From the NCBI GenBank assembly GCA_951406725.2, contig OX597818.1:89838001-89902000 (forward strand): a DNA stretch of 64,000 bases, written 5' to 3'. The translations under genes and the position numbers were made by a program. This DNA is from Octopus vulgaris (lineage: Eukaryota). Each line of letters opens with the position of its first letter. Position 1 is the first letter of the stretch. The notes beneath the pieces are model-generated. The model did not search any database. It was not told the DNA's origin and was given only the letters and a program-made list of their open reading frames with translations. This document shows positions 52,694 to 64,000 of the stretch, one piece after another.

Positions 52694-53401
52694 TACTTCA
52701 GAGACAAATCTGAATGAAAATAAATCATTGTTAAAAACGCTGGCAGCACAGTAAAAATGACAAATGTTTCATTATTTACTATTTCTGAATTTAACTTCTG
52801 TGTGAATTGTTTGGGGAAACATAGACTGTAACAAGTAGATTTGCAATAAATATTCTATATAAAAATGTTCAGCAGATATGTTGGATATGTGAAACACTAG
52901 CAATAAGAAGGAAAATAGAAGAATGACAGCGAAGAGCACGGTATACGGTTTCGGTGGGTTTACGTAAAAAGTCGTCGTAAATTGATCGAACTCAGCCTGC
53001 TTTATGACGATTATTCTTGATTGAAAACCTACTTTATCTCTGATCCACCTGAGGCTGCTAAGCGAATGACTAAAGCATTCATCTCTGCATATCCTTTTAT
53101 ATTTTCACGTACAACTAAATTCCACAAAAATCAAAACACCCCAGTAATTGGTGTACAACTGTGTAGAAGTGCATCTTATAATATCCCGAAATCACCATCT
53201 ACTGGAAAGTGTTTATCCAACATTACATCGTCTGTAACATTAAAAAGGTAAAAGAGACATAATGTGCAGATTGCAAGTTTCCGTGCCTCCCAGATTTCAA
53301 CAGAACATTATAAACACCATTATATTTGCTGTTTATTTTAACTTTTAAATCTTTGCTTCTTGCACACAAATATGCTTCAAATCATTTGTGACTTCGGATT
53401 T

Positions 53402-53632
53402 ACTCTCTTTTACTTGTTTCAGTCGTTTGACTGTTGCCATGCTGGAGCACCGACTTTAGTCGAGCAAATCGCCCCCAGGACTTATTCTTTGTAAGCCTAG
53501 TACTTATTCTATCGGTCTCTTTTGCCGAACCGCTAAGTTACGGGGACGTAAAAACACCATCATCGGTTGTCAAGCGATGTTGGGGGGACAAACACAGAAA
53601 CAAAAGCATATACAAATACACATACATATACT

Positions 53633-53682
<50 letters not shown>

Positions 53683-53686
53683 CATA

Positions 53687-53729
<43 letters not shown>

Positions 53730-53733
53730 CATA

Positions 53734-53764
<31 letters not shown>

Positions 53765-53892
53765 CATACATAATACATACATATATATATATATATATAT
53801 GTGGTTGAAACCTTTTGGATTAACTGGTGCTAGAGTGAGCCATATAGTGACCACTCTCTTATATTTATTATATATATATATATACATACATA

Positions 53893-53937
<45 letters not shown>

Positions 53938-54435
53938 CATAATACATACATATATATATATATATACATACATAATACATACATATATATATATATATAT
54001 ACATACATATATATATATATATACATACATAATACATACACATATATATATATACATACATAATACATACATATATATATACATACATAATACATACATA
54101 TATATATATACATATATATATACATAATACATACATATATATATATACATATATATATACATAATACATACATATATATATATACATATATATATATACA
54201 TAATACATACATATATATATACATAATACATATATATATACATATATATATACACAATACATACATATATATATATACATATATACGACAGGCTTCTTTC
54301 AGTTTTCGTCTACCAAATCCACTCACAAGGCTTTGGTCGGCCCGAGGCTATAGTAGAAGACACTTGCGCAAGGTGCCACGCAGTGAGACTGAACCTGGAA
54401 CCATGTGGTTCGTAAGCAAGCTACTTACCACACTG
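53402..54435 (-). mobile_element. SINE family A with internal microsatellite expanded to about 650 bp
   Basis: Tail 53402-53600 and head 54285-54435 bracket a (TA)n/ACATACATA array that contains a roughly 70-bp insert at 53801-53870. Confidence 0.88.
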
Positions 54436-55028
54436 CCACCAAAAACTTCTATACATACAATCTCACAAGGGTTTCTGAGAAAGCTTCTTTCACCAAACTC
54501 TTACGCAGCAGAAGTATGTAAAAGTGCCATAACACGTTTGGTGCCTTGTTCAGTGTGCTATAGACTGGAAAAGTTTTTAAATCATTGCTCTAGAATAATC
54601 CACAAGTATAGCAATCTTAATGAAATTGCCAATTACTCACATGCAAATATCTCAAGTAATGGAAGACCATGTAAACCATCACATCATTCACAGAGAAAAA
54701 TATATCAGATATTTGCTCCCCTATGTGATCCGCTATTGGTCTATCGCATTCAAGAATCCCGTTGAAAGCAATATTGTTAAACTTGCCTTTAGGAAAGCTT
54801 TTGAATTGCCTGGCATCAAAGCCTTCTGGTCATTTTGTGTGTGTTTGGGGTTCATTCCTCTCTAGCATCTTGGTTATGAAGATCATTGGATGATATGCTA
54901 AGTATAACAATTCATTCTGTTCTTATACAACCTACTACTTCCTCCACAATCCAACCCATAATAAACCACATTTCTGCACAAATGGTGCCACTGTTTATTC
55001 GCCTTTATGTCGATATATAAATATTCTG

Positions 55029-55337
55029 TGGAGGCGCAATGGTCCAGTGGTTAGGGCAGCGGGCTCGCAGTCGTAGGATCGCGGTTTCAATTCCCAGACC
55101 GGGCGTTGCGAGTGTTTATTGAGCGAAAACACCTAAAGCTCCACGAGGCTCCGGCGGATGGTGGTGGCGATCCCTGCTGTACTCTTTCGCCACAACTTTC
55201 TCTCACTCTTTCTTCTGTTGGCCTGCCCGCTTAGCCAGTGGGGTGGCGTCATTTGAAGGCTAAAACAATGCGAAGCACATTCTGTCCAGCGATGTGTAGC
55301 AACATCTGATAGCCTGGTTGGTCACGTGATCACGTGA
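55029..55337 (+). mobile_element. SINE family C
   Basis: GGAGGCGCAATGGTCCAGTGGTTAGGG...GGTTTCAATTCCC tRNA-like head; ends GTCACGTGATCACGTGA. Confidence 0.82.
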
Positions 55338-56081
55338 TAAATATTCTATTTGAATGTCCAACACATCAAGCTCACGATGTCTCGAAACGTTCCCAAAGGT
55401 CAGAAACTGTCTCTTTTTATATGAATAACTCATAAATGGTATAACCTTTGAAATTAAAATATCCACTGAAATACATTAAAAAATAATTAATTTTGGCGCC
55501 AAGTTTATTTGATTATTACATATTTCAATATCACCAAGCATCATGAGATATAATTTAAACGGCTTACAGGTAGGTAACTAATTTATGCTTGGTTTACTCT
55601 ATATTTTTATACAAGTTATCGTCATGGCTTGGATGTGGCCCGGCTCCTTTGTGTTTCAACAGTTTTGGGCCAAAACGTTTACATAAGGTCGTGGGAGTTT
55701 CTTCTCTGAAGATCTATTATTCAGCTCTCCCTAACATTTCTTACTAGACTGTCCCACTATAGATATCATGCAGTACACACTTTGCACTATCTAACCATCA
55801 AATGGTATGCAGTCCTTCTGTAGATTATTACATATCTCATGATGCTTGGTGATATTGAAATAATAGATATTTATTCGACTCTGTTATCAATTTATATTAC
55901 GACTAGCAGTATCGCCCGGCGTTGCTCGGGTTTGTAAGGGAAATAACTATATAAGCATTTTTAGAGAGTTACACAGAGAGCAAAATGAAAGGAGTTACAA
56001 ATATTTTTTTAATTCTAAAATAATTTTAGTGATTTTTTTTCAATGTTGTTTATATTTATTTAATTTTATTGTCGATTGTAG

Positions 56082-56192
56082 GGAAATTGATGGAAACGTG
56101 ACTGTAGGAGAAGTAAAAGAAAAATCAGTTGCTAAAAATATTTACGATCATGCCGTTGAAACAGGGCAGAGTGCTGGATATATTGAAGTCAA
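56082..56192 (+). CDS. ITIH-like: ITIH-like gene, coding exon 3 (VIT)
   Basis: EIDGNVTVGEVKEKSVAKNIYDHAVETGQSAGYIEV; AG/GT boundaries; phase 2 to 2. Confidence 0.95.
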
Positions 56193-56283
56193 GTAACGTA
56201 TTATTTTCCTCATATTTCTTAATCTTAGTATTCTAATTACTATATCTTCAAAATAATTTGCCTCTTTTTCTGTCATTTTCCAG

Positions 56284-56534
56284 ACACCGCTTCACAAATG
56301 TCTTTGATATATCTGTTAACGTTGAACCCCAAAAGGATATAGTTTACAATTTAACATACCAAGAACTTCTGACACGACAAGACTATAAATATAGGCACGT
56401 TATTCATTTGTCAAATGGTGGAATTATTGATGACTTTTTAGTTGAGGTTTTCATTACGGAACCTCAAGACATTATTGATTTGTCTGTACCTGAAATTATA
56501 GGTGATATATTAATGAATATCACGGATAACACAG
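56284..56534 (+). CDS. ITIH-like: ITIH-like gene, coding exon 4
   Basis: HRFTNVFDISVNVEPQKDIVYNLTYQELLTR...; TTCCAG acceptor and GTAGGT donor; phase 2 to 1. Confidence 0.95.
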
Positions 56535-57066
56535 GTAGGTAACTAATTTATGCTTGGTTTACTCTATATTTTTATACAAGTTATCGTCATGGCTTGGATG
56601 TGGCCCGGCTTCTTTGTGTTTCAACAGTTTTGGGCCAAAACGTTTACATAAGGTCGTGGGAGTTTCTTCTCTGAAGATCTATTATTCAGCTCTCCCTAAC
56701 ATTTCTTACTAGACTGTCCAACTATAGATATCATGCAGTACACACTTTGCACTATCTAATCATCAAATGGTATGCAGTCCTTCGTTAAATACTGTACTGT
56801 CTTACAGTAATAAAATGCTGCTTACGATATAGTTAATGTGAAGATGCCCTGCGCTGACATAACGTTACTCGCCCAAGGTAAACATTAATTCTGCCGCTGT
56901 TCGCTTTACATTGTTATACAGTTAATATGACACTGTTCTGTAGTCGACATTAGATAGTCCATGAAGCCGTTTAAATTATATCTCATGATGCTTGGTGATA
57001 TTGAAATAATAGATATTTATTCGACTCTGTTATCAATTTATATTACGATGTTTGTTTTTCAAACAG

Positions 57067-57230
57067 AGCTAGATTCTGCTTCAATTGAGTATACCAGCAG
57101 TAGAGAGGTTTACATCAAATACAGCCCAAGTCGTAAACAGCAAGAAGAAATTTCAGACAAAGATGGCGTTGCAGGCTTACTCAGAGTGGAATATAACGTG
57201 GATCGTCAAAATAATTCAAATTTGATATAC
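57067..57230 (+). CDS. ITIH-like: ITIH-like gene, coding exon 5
   Basis: LDSASIEY...YSPSRKQQ...GLLRVEYNVDR; AG acceptor and GTAAGA donor; phase 1 to 0. Confidence 0.92.
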
Positions 57231-57378
57231 GTAAGATAATTATTTTTATGATAATTTCTCATCATGCTATTGTTCAATCTTATGAATGTATCACCATCAT
57301 TTCTTCAAAACAACATATTCTGGAAAAAACTATAACTTTATCAGTTACAATGAATCATAATTATATTATAGTTGTCTG

Positions 57379-57542
57379 TAGGCGTAGGAGTGGCTGTGTG
57401 GTAAGTAGCTTGCTTACCAACCACATGGTTCCGGGTTCAGTCCCACTGCGTGGCACCTTGGGCCGGTGTCTTCTTCTATAGCCTCGGGCCGACCAAAGCC
57501 TTGTAAGTGGATTTGGTAGACGGAAACTGAAAGAAGCCTGTC

Positions 57543-57605
<63 letters not shown>

Positions 57606-57803
57606 TGTATATGTGTGTATATGTTTGTATGTCTGTGTTTGTCCCTCCAACATCGCTTGACAACCGATGATGGTATATTTACGTCCCCGTAATATAGCGG
57701 TTCGGCAAAAGAGACCGAATAGAATAAGTCCTGGGGTCTATTTGCTCGACTAAAGGCGGTGCTCCAGAATGGCCACAGTCAAATGACTGAAACAAGTAAA
57801 AGA
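57379..57803 (+). mobile_element. SINE family A, full length
   Basis: Colinear with 30361-30762. Confidence 0.9.
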
Positions 57804-57948
57804 GAAGCGTTATTAACTTCATGTACAACAAATTGTTTTTATTTATTCTTTCTTTACCTTTTCCCTTTCTGTCTCTTTCCCTCTCTACCTTTCACTCACT
57901 CACACTCTCTCTCATATTTGAGTGTGCTCATGTTTCCATATTTCTATG

Positions 57949-58340
57949 TTAGCACGCCGGGCGAAATGCATAGCCGTATTTCGTCTGCCGTTACGTTCTG
58001 AGTTCAAATTCCGCCGAGGTCGACTTTGCCTTTCATGCTTTCGGGGTCGATTAAATAAGTAGCAGTTACGCACTGGGGTCGATATAATCGACTTAATCCG
58101 TTTGTCTGTCCTTGTTTGTTCCTTCTGTGTTTAGCCCCTTGTGGGTAGTAAAGAAATAGAAATAGGTATTTCGATCGTCGCTACGTTCTGAGTTTAAATT
58201 CCGCCGAGGTCGACTTTGCCTTTCATCCTTTCGGGGTCGATAAATTAAGTACCAGCTGCGCACTGGGGTCGATCTGATCGACTGGTCCCTACTCCCCCAA
58301 AATTTCGGGCCTTGTGCTTAGAGTAGAAATGAATATTAGT
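57949..58340 (+). mobile_element. SINE family B dimer
   Basis: Two body units; the first ends GTGGGTAGTAAAGAAATA, the second GGCCTTGTGCTTAGAGTAGAAA. Confidence 0.9.
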
Positions 58341-58991
58341 TAAGGGTAAGCCAATTGGTATTCATACCATTCTTAAGGGCATTACATTTGCCTAAAATAC
58401 CACGTGGTAGGTTCGAACCTGGGACCTTGTGATTACAAAAATTTTCTGAAACGTCCAGCCATACTTCAACTACTTTTTGAGGAAACAATCTGAAATCGTA
58501 TGGAATATGATTAACTTAGCGTCAGGCCAGTAACTAGGAGTTATTTGAAACCTGTTTCATCCAATACTGCGGTACATTGAACACAGAGGAAGCGAGAATT
58601 ATCTGAAATTACTACACTAAACTGATACTGAGCTACGTTAAGTATTTATGTATTTCCGATAAATTGGGTTACTCTGTTACTCTATGTCTTGTCAGTAAAT
58701 TTGGTAGACATAAAATATATGGACGTCCACCGCATGCATGCATGCATGTATGCATGTATGTATGTATGGAATGTAGATAACGAAAACTATGTCACATTTT
58801 AAACCTGAGAAAAGTTTTACATTGTTCTACTGTTCCGCAAACAGACTGTATTTGTAATGTGCGAGTCGGTTGATTTTGTTTTCTCTGAAAATCCAAGCTT
58901 ATAGAGGCTTACGGTTAGGCATTTACCAGACTGACCAGCAATTACCAGACTGACAGTTAGACATGTATGTATGTATGTATGTATGTACTTA

Positions 58992-59400
58992 TACATATTG
59001 TGACCCCCTTCGGTCATGAATGACCATGGTATTGCACCTAGAAAGTTACCCTCCGAGGCACAAGTCTGGGCAAAGTTGTTTATGGAAGACCAGCAGTCGC
59101 CCACGCATACCAGCTTCCCCTCTCCACGCCACCGATGTTATCCAAGGGAAAGACAAAAGCCGATACAGCTTGGCACCTGTGACGTCGCAGCTCATTTATT
59201 AACGTGCAAGTGGCTGCGCACTCCACAGACACGTGTACCCTTAACGTAGTTCTCGGGGAGATTCAGCATGACACAGAGTGTGACAAGGCTGGCCCTTTGA
59301 AATACAGGTACAACAGAAACAGGAAGAAAGAGTGAGAGAAAGTTGTGGTGAAAGAGTACTGCAGGGTTCACCACTATTCCCTGCTTGTGGAGCTTTTAGG
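58992..59400 (-). mobile_element. SINE family C body joined to a longer, different tail
   Basis: 59320-59400 is the reverse complement of the family C body. 58992-59200 (GGAAGACCAGCAGTCGCCCA...CCCCTCTCCACG) resembles RTE-associated sequence as recalled. Confidence 0.6.
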
Positions 59401-59550
59401 TGATATATGCGATATAGTTTCAGTCTTAACATTACCATCTATATTTGTAATAGACCATACTAAATATTAGATGGAAAACTTTTCTGTGAACTATTAAGTT
59501 AAACCGTCATTAACGTTTTATTCCTCCACCTTCCGCTCTCAAATTCCCAG

Positions 59551-59839
59551 GCATCTGATGGCTACTTTGTGCATTTCTTCACTCCCGATTCCTTACCAAG
59601 TCTTCCAAAGCACATTATATTTATGCTTGATGTCAGCGGATCAATGTATTGTTGTAAAATTGGACCCCTGAAAGAAGCTATGGAAAATATCCTTGATCAA
59701 CTCAATCCAGAGCTTGATGCATTTCTCATTGGAAAATTCAGTAGTGATGTTTCATGGATGATGGACAAATTTTTAATAGCGAACAATACTAACAAAGAAT
59801 TAGGCAAAAATTACATTAAGGCACTCCAAGCCGATGGAT
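59551..59839 (+). CDS. ITIH-like: ITIH-like gene, coding exon 6 (vWA start, MIDAS DxSxS)
   Basis: DGYFVHFFTP..L..LPKHIIFMLDVSGSM is the ITIH hallmark; CCCAG acceptor and GTAAGT donor; phase 0 to 1. Confidence 0.97.
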
Positions 59840-59947
59840 GTAAGTTAAAAATTTATTTCTTATATTTATGTACACAAGTCTCAAACTGTTTCTCCATGTT
59901 ATATTTCATTACAATTTATTATAACATTTATTATTATAAAGTTTAAT

Positions 59948-60355
59948 GCAGCGAGCTGGCAGAATCGTTAGCTCGCCGGGCGAAATGTTTAGCCGTATTT
60001 CGTCTGTCTTTACGTTCTGAGTTCAAATTGCGCTGAGGTCGACTTTACCTTTCATCCTTTCGGGGTCGATTAAATGAGTACCAGTTACGCACTGGGGCCG
60101 ATATAATCGACTTAATCCGTTTGTCTGTCCTTGTTTGTCCTCTCTGTGTGTAGCCCCTTGTGGGTAGTAAAGAAATAGGTATTTCGTCTGTCTTTACGTT
60201 CTGAGTTCAAATTGCGCTGAGGTCGACTTTGCCTTTCATCCTTTCGGGGTCGATTAATTAAATACTAGTTGCGCACTGGGATCGATCTAATCGTCTGGCT
60301 CCTCCCCACAAATTTTAGGCCTTGTTCATATAGTAGAAAGGATTATTATTATTAT
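59948..60355 (+). mobile_element. SINE family B dimer with (ATT)n tail
   Basis: Head GAGCTGGCAGAATCGTTAGC, B box GAGTTCAAATT, two body units. Confidence 0.9.
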
Positions 60356-60509
60356 AAAGTTTAAGGCGGTGAGCTGGCAGAATTGTTAGCGCGCTATCAT
60401 TATAAAATTTATTTTATTAAAGCTTTTATTAATAACCCTAATTCTTTGTGTTAGAGGCATTCTGTTATATTTTTCTCTGTGTGTATATGTAATTTTACTC
60501 TTGTTTCAG

Positions 60510-61198
60510 TTACAAATATCAACTCTGCTCTCCTTCAAAGTATAGAGAAACATAAACCTGCTCTAACCTCTACAAAGAAAAGTATCATCATCTTTCTCAC
60601 TGACGGAGATCCAACTGTAGGAGTCACTGACGTCGAAATTATCAAGAAAAATGTCAGAGAAGCTAACGAACAGATTTCATTATTCGCCCTTTGTTTCGGA
60701 GAAGACTGTGACAGTAAATTTCTTCGTGAGGTTGCCACGGAAAACGGGGGCTTCAACGGGAAGATCTACGTAGACTCTGATAGTAGTCTCCAATTTGAAA
60801 ATCTCTATAAAGAAATATCTAACATTTTATTAAAGGATATTACATTTATTTACTTAGATGGTGCCGTTAATACTAGTTCTACATCATTTAGCAACTACTT
60901 CGAAGGATCAGAATTAGTTGTTTCGGGTGTTTTGTCGCAAGAATACCTATCGACCATAAAAGTAAGTTTAACAATGACAAATTTTTGGGGTCGTGATAAC
61001 GAAATATTGGAACTAGAATTATATGGAGATAACTTTACCATATACGATGACGGTTTTTCACAAAATTCCAGTTTGACTAGTATTCAGTCATTTTCTGAAA
61101 TTACCGAAAAGACTTATGCTTACATCACCTTGCAGCAACTTCTCAAGAAAAACAGAACAGAGGAAGTGCGACATGATATTCTTAATTTGGCTCTAAAG
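60510..61198 (+). CDS. ITIH-like: ITIH-like gene, coding exon 7 (vWA remainder and hybrid region)
   Basis: TNINSALL, IIIFLTDGDPTVG, YFEGSELVVSG, YAYITLQQLL; TTTCAG acceptor and GTGAGT donor; phase 1 to 0. Confidence 0.97.
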
Positions 61199-61381
61199 GT
61201 GAGTAAAAAGGATGTTATAATTAGTTATTTACCTATATTTAAAAAATAAAATGGCTTATATTAATTATATTAGTTTATATTAATTAGTTTATATTAGTTA
61301 TCGTCATCACAGATTCATACAAATCATTCAACCGACAAATCAGCCAATATGTATCTTAGTTGTTATTATTTAAAGATTCTT

Positions 61382-61968
61382 AGGCGGTGAGCTGGCAGAA
61401 TCGTTAGCACGCCGGGCGAAATGCGTAGTCGTATTTCGTCTGCTGTTACGTTCTGAGTTCAAATTCCGACGAGATCGACTTTGCCTTTCATCCTTTCGCG
61501 CTCGATAAATTAAGTACCAGTTACGCACTGGGGTCGATGTAATCGACTTAATACCTATGTCTGTCCTTGTTTGTCCCCTCTATGTTTATTCCCTTGTGGG
61601 TAATAAAGAAATAGGTATTTCGTCTGTCTTTACTTTCTGAATTCAAATGCCGCCGAGGTCGACTTTGCTTTTCATCCTTTCGGGGTCGATAAATTAAGTA
61701 CCAGTTACGCACTGGGGTCGATATAATCGACTTAATCCATTTGTCTGTCTTTGTTTATCCCCTCTGTGTGTAGCTCCTTGTGGGTAGTAAAGAAATGGGT
61801 ATTTCTTCCGTATTTACGTTCTGAGTTCAAATGCCGCCGAGGTCGACTTTGCTTTTCATCCTTTCGGGATCGATAAATTAAGTACCAGTTACATACTGGG
61901 GTCGATCTAATCGACTGGTCCCCCCTTCCTCAAGACTTCAGGCCTTGTACCTATGGAAGAAAGGATTA
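61382..61968 (+). mobile_element. SINE family B trimer
   Basis: Head followed by three body units of about 184 bp starting near 61431, 61615 and 61799. Confidence 0.9.
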
Positions 61969-62238
61969 TCTAAAGAAAAACAAAAGGCAAAGTTGGACAA
62001 AATTGAACCAATATGAACGAAAGTGAATAATCTATTACCTTTATTCTAGCACTCTACGGCTTTAGCTATTTTCACAGCTCTTGAAGCTGATAGTTGCTAC
62101 CTAAAATATACAAGCAGTGAAAACGTAGAAATATGATGTCGATGGTGGAGCGTTTGAATTTCATCTATTACTTTCACGTATTGTTTTCATTTTAATATCT
62201 CTGTTTCACTAAATGCCTAATTTTCTTCTTTGTCACAG

Positions 62239-62311
62239 TATAATTTCGTAACTCCATTAACATCAATGGTTGTCGCCAACTCAAAAGTAAAAGAACATTT
62301 TTTTGATGAAG
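62239..62311 (+). CDS. ITIH-like: ITIH-like gene, coding exon 8
   Basis: YNFVTPLTSMVV hallmark; CACAG acceptor and GTAATT donor; phase 0 to 1. Confidence 0.95.
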
Positions 62312-62408
62312 GTAATTTTTTTTCATTCATACCATTTTAAACTATTTTCATAAACTTCTTGTTGAAAGGAATTAGCCATGATCGTTTATCTCATAAAACC
62401 TAAAAGTA

Positions 62409-62578
62409 CGAGGGGATGCTGAAAAGTTCCTGGATTTTAAGGGTGTCGTGAAAGGCCTGGCTGGGGCCCCATCATAACGAGTTCTTTTACAGGGCTTAGG
62501 AAAACTGAAGGACCGCTGCAATAAGTGTGTGAATCTGAGAGGGGAATATGTTGAATGAATAATTTCAGCAGCCCCTCG
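62409..62578 (+). mobile_element. Mariner-derived MITE
   Basis: TA-CGAGGGGATGCTGAAA...TTTCAGCAGCCCCTCG-TA. Retains the transposase end GLGKLKDRCNKCVNLRGEYVE*. Confidence 0.85.
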
Positions 62579-63555
62579 TATCTTCATTCTACTTTATATC
62601 ATATCGTATCCCCTATTGCCATGATCTTCAGCTAGATATAAAATGTGCAGATATGCATGATAATTTGGAAAATTAGGCGCTAGAGTAAAGTTCCTTCCCG
62701 AGTCATACCGACTTATAAGGGTTTCTAATATTGCGAGAAAAGATCTTGTAATAGTTTTTACAAGATCTCATAAAATTATTTGCTTTTTGTTTAAGTAACT
62801 CCTGAAGTTTCTGCGTGAGGCAAAGCATCTCTGATATTTATTTCACATTTTCTGCTTACTTCTCTTATTCTAGCATCTTAATGTTCTCCAAAAAATATAT
62901 TATTACAACCCATTTCGGAGCTGTTGCTCAGCCTTAGTATTTTTATTTATATTCTTTGCACTATAAAAAGTCTGACCGAAGTATTTTCCTATCTCTTTTC
63001 TTAATGACAGTACATAACTACTCCGTCCACATCTCAACGATCTATTTCAGTAAATCTGTCTTCATCACTTCAACTATTAACTGCAAAAAGCTGTGACTAA
63101 CGATGGAGAGATAGGCAACTTATTAAAACAGTTCTTTATTCTTCCCATAGTTTTCCTTTTTGTGTTCGCTGTTCTTCTTTAATCAAACTTCTCTGAGGTG
63201 AGAAAGTATTATAATTGATAGTAAGATATAATTACATTGTACGTGCTATGCAATATCGCAATGACTAATTTCATAATTTATTGTGACAATACATAATATT
63301 ACATTAATTGTACTTTAGACTGATCCAGCAAATATTTTCATCTAATTAATATCTTAGTCTGTATCATACTGTATACCCCAAATAAGGAAAACCTGTATTT
63401 ATGTAATTGTTTTAAAATTTATGTTTTCCCATTAAAACTGATACCTCTGCTGGCACAGTTTTCACTATATTACTATGATTTCATACTATAAATTTTATTT
63501 TCAGATTAACCATTATTATTTCAATTGTCAACAATGTATTTCTCTTCCTTTGTAG

Positions 63556-63576
63556 AAACAAAACAAATTCCGCGAC
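63556..63576 (+). CDS. ITIH-like: ITIH-like gene, probable 21-nt microexon (exon 9)
   Basis: TTTCTCTTCCTTTGTAG acceptor and GTAAGT donor; phase 1 to 1; encodes (E)TKQIPR. Confidence 0.7.
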
Positions 63577-64000
63577 GTAAGTATATTCACATTTGACTTG
63601 TTTAAAATAACAATACTCTATGAACTCTTGCTTTCATAATCCATTTCAAGTCATGCATGAAATAAACAACTTTTGTTTTTTATTCTGTAGCTTTGATTTT
63701 TTATTCCGAGTATTACTAGTAATGTCATTTTGATTGAGCACAAAACCATTTATTTTATATAGAAGTGATACAGAATATCGAAGCGACTCTAGTATATTAC
63801 TTGTACTTATTTTATCGAGCCTATGAAGATATAAGGTGATACCTCCACAATGAACTCGGCTGAGACCCCAGAACCATTTCACTCGTGGTTTATAGTCCCG
63901 CAAATCGGCATTGTGCGAATACTGAAGCAGAACATAGACGAGCTGACTATTCTTCGTATGCTTTGCATAATGCAAGATGCTAGCGGCTCACATGAGGCCG

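Overview
AT-rich, repeat-dense eukaryotic genomic DNA. It is most likely an octopus or other cephalopod; this is inferred from recalled SINE families and the (TA)n/(CA)n load, not from a search. One host gene is well supported: a secreted inter-alpha-trypsin-inhibitor heavy-chain-like (signal peptide + VIT + vWA) gene on the + strand. Nine phase-compatible coding exons lie between 39469 and 63576 (about 611 codons), and the gene continues past the window. A possible orphan terminal exon lies on the - strand near 19.4 kb. The rest is mobile DNA: mariner and hAT remnants, a cluster of Tx1/L1-like LINEs (including ORF1-only copies with TSDs), Neptune-type Penelope elements at (TA)n tracts, R4/Dong-like ends in (AAT)n tracts, a CR1-like LINE nested in a mariner, and several tRNA-headed SINE families. 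The strongest non-annotated signal is a set of hammerhead-ribozyme (HHR) motifs: a canonical HHR in a 584-bp retrozyme-like element in intron 1 (sense to the gene), minimal HHRs in two Penelope 3' ends with swapped 3-8 core pairs (U3-A8 and G3-C8), and a tRNA-headed SINE with an HHR tail. Two copies of that SINE are joined head-to-head by a 40-nt 28S rRNA fragment. Repeat boundaries were read by eye and are approximate unless TIRs, TSDs or splice sites are quoted.
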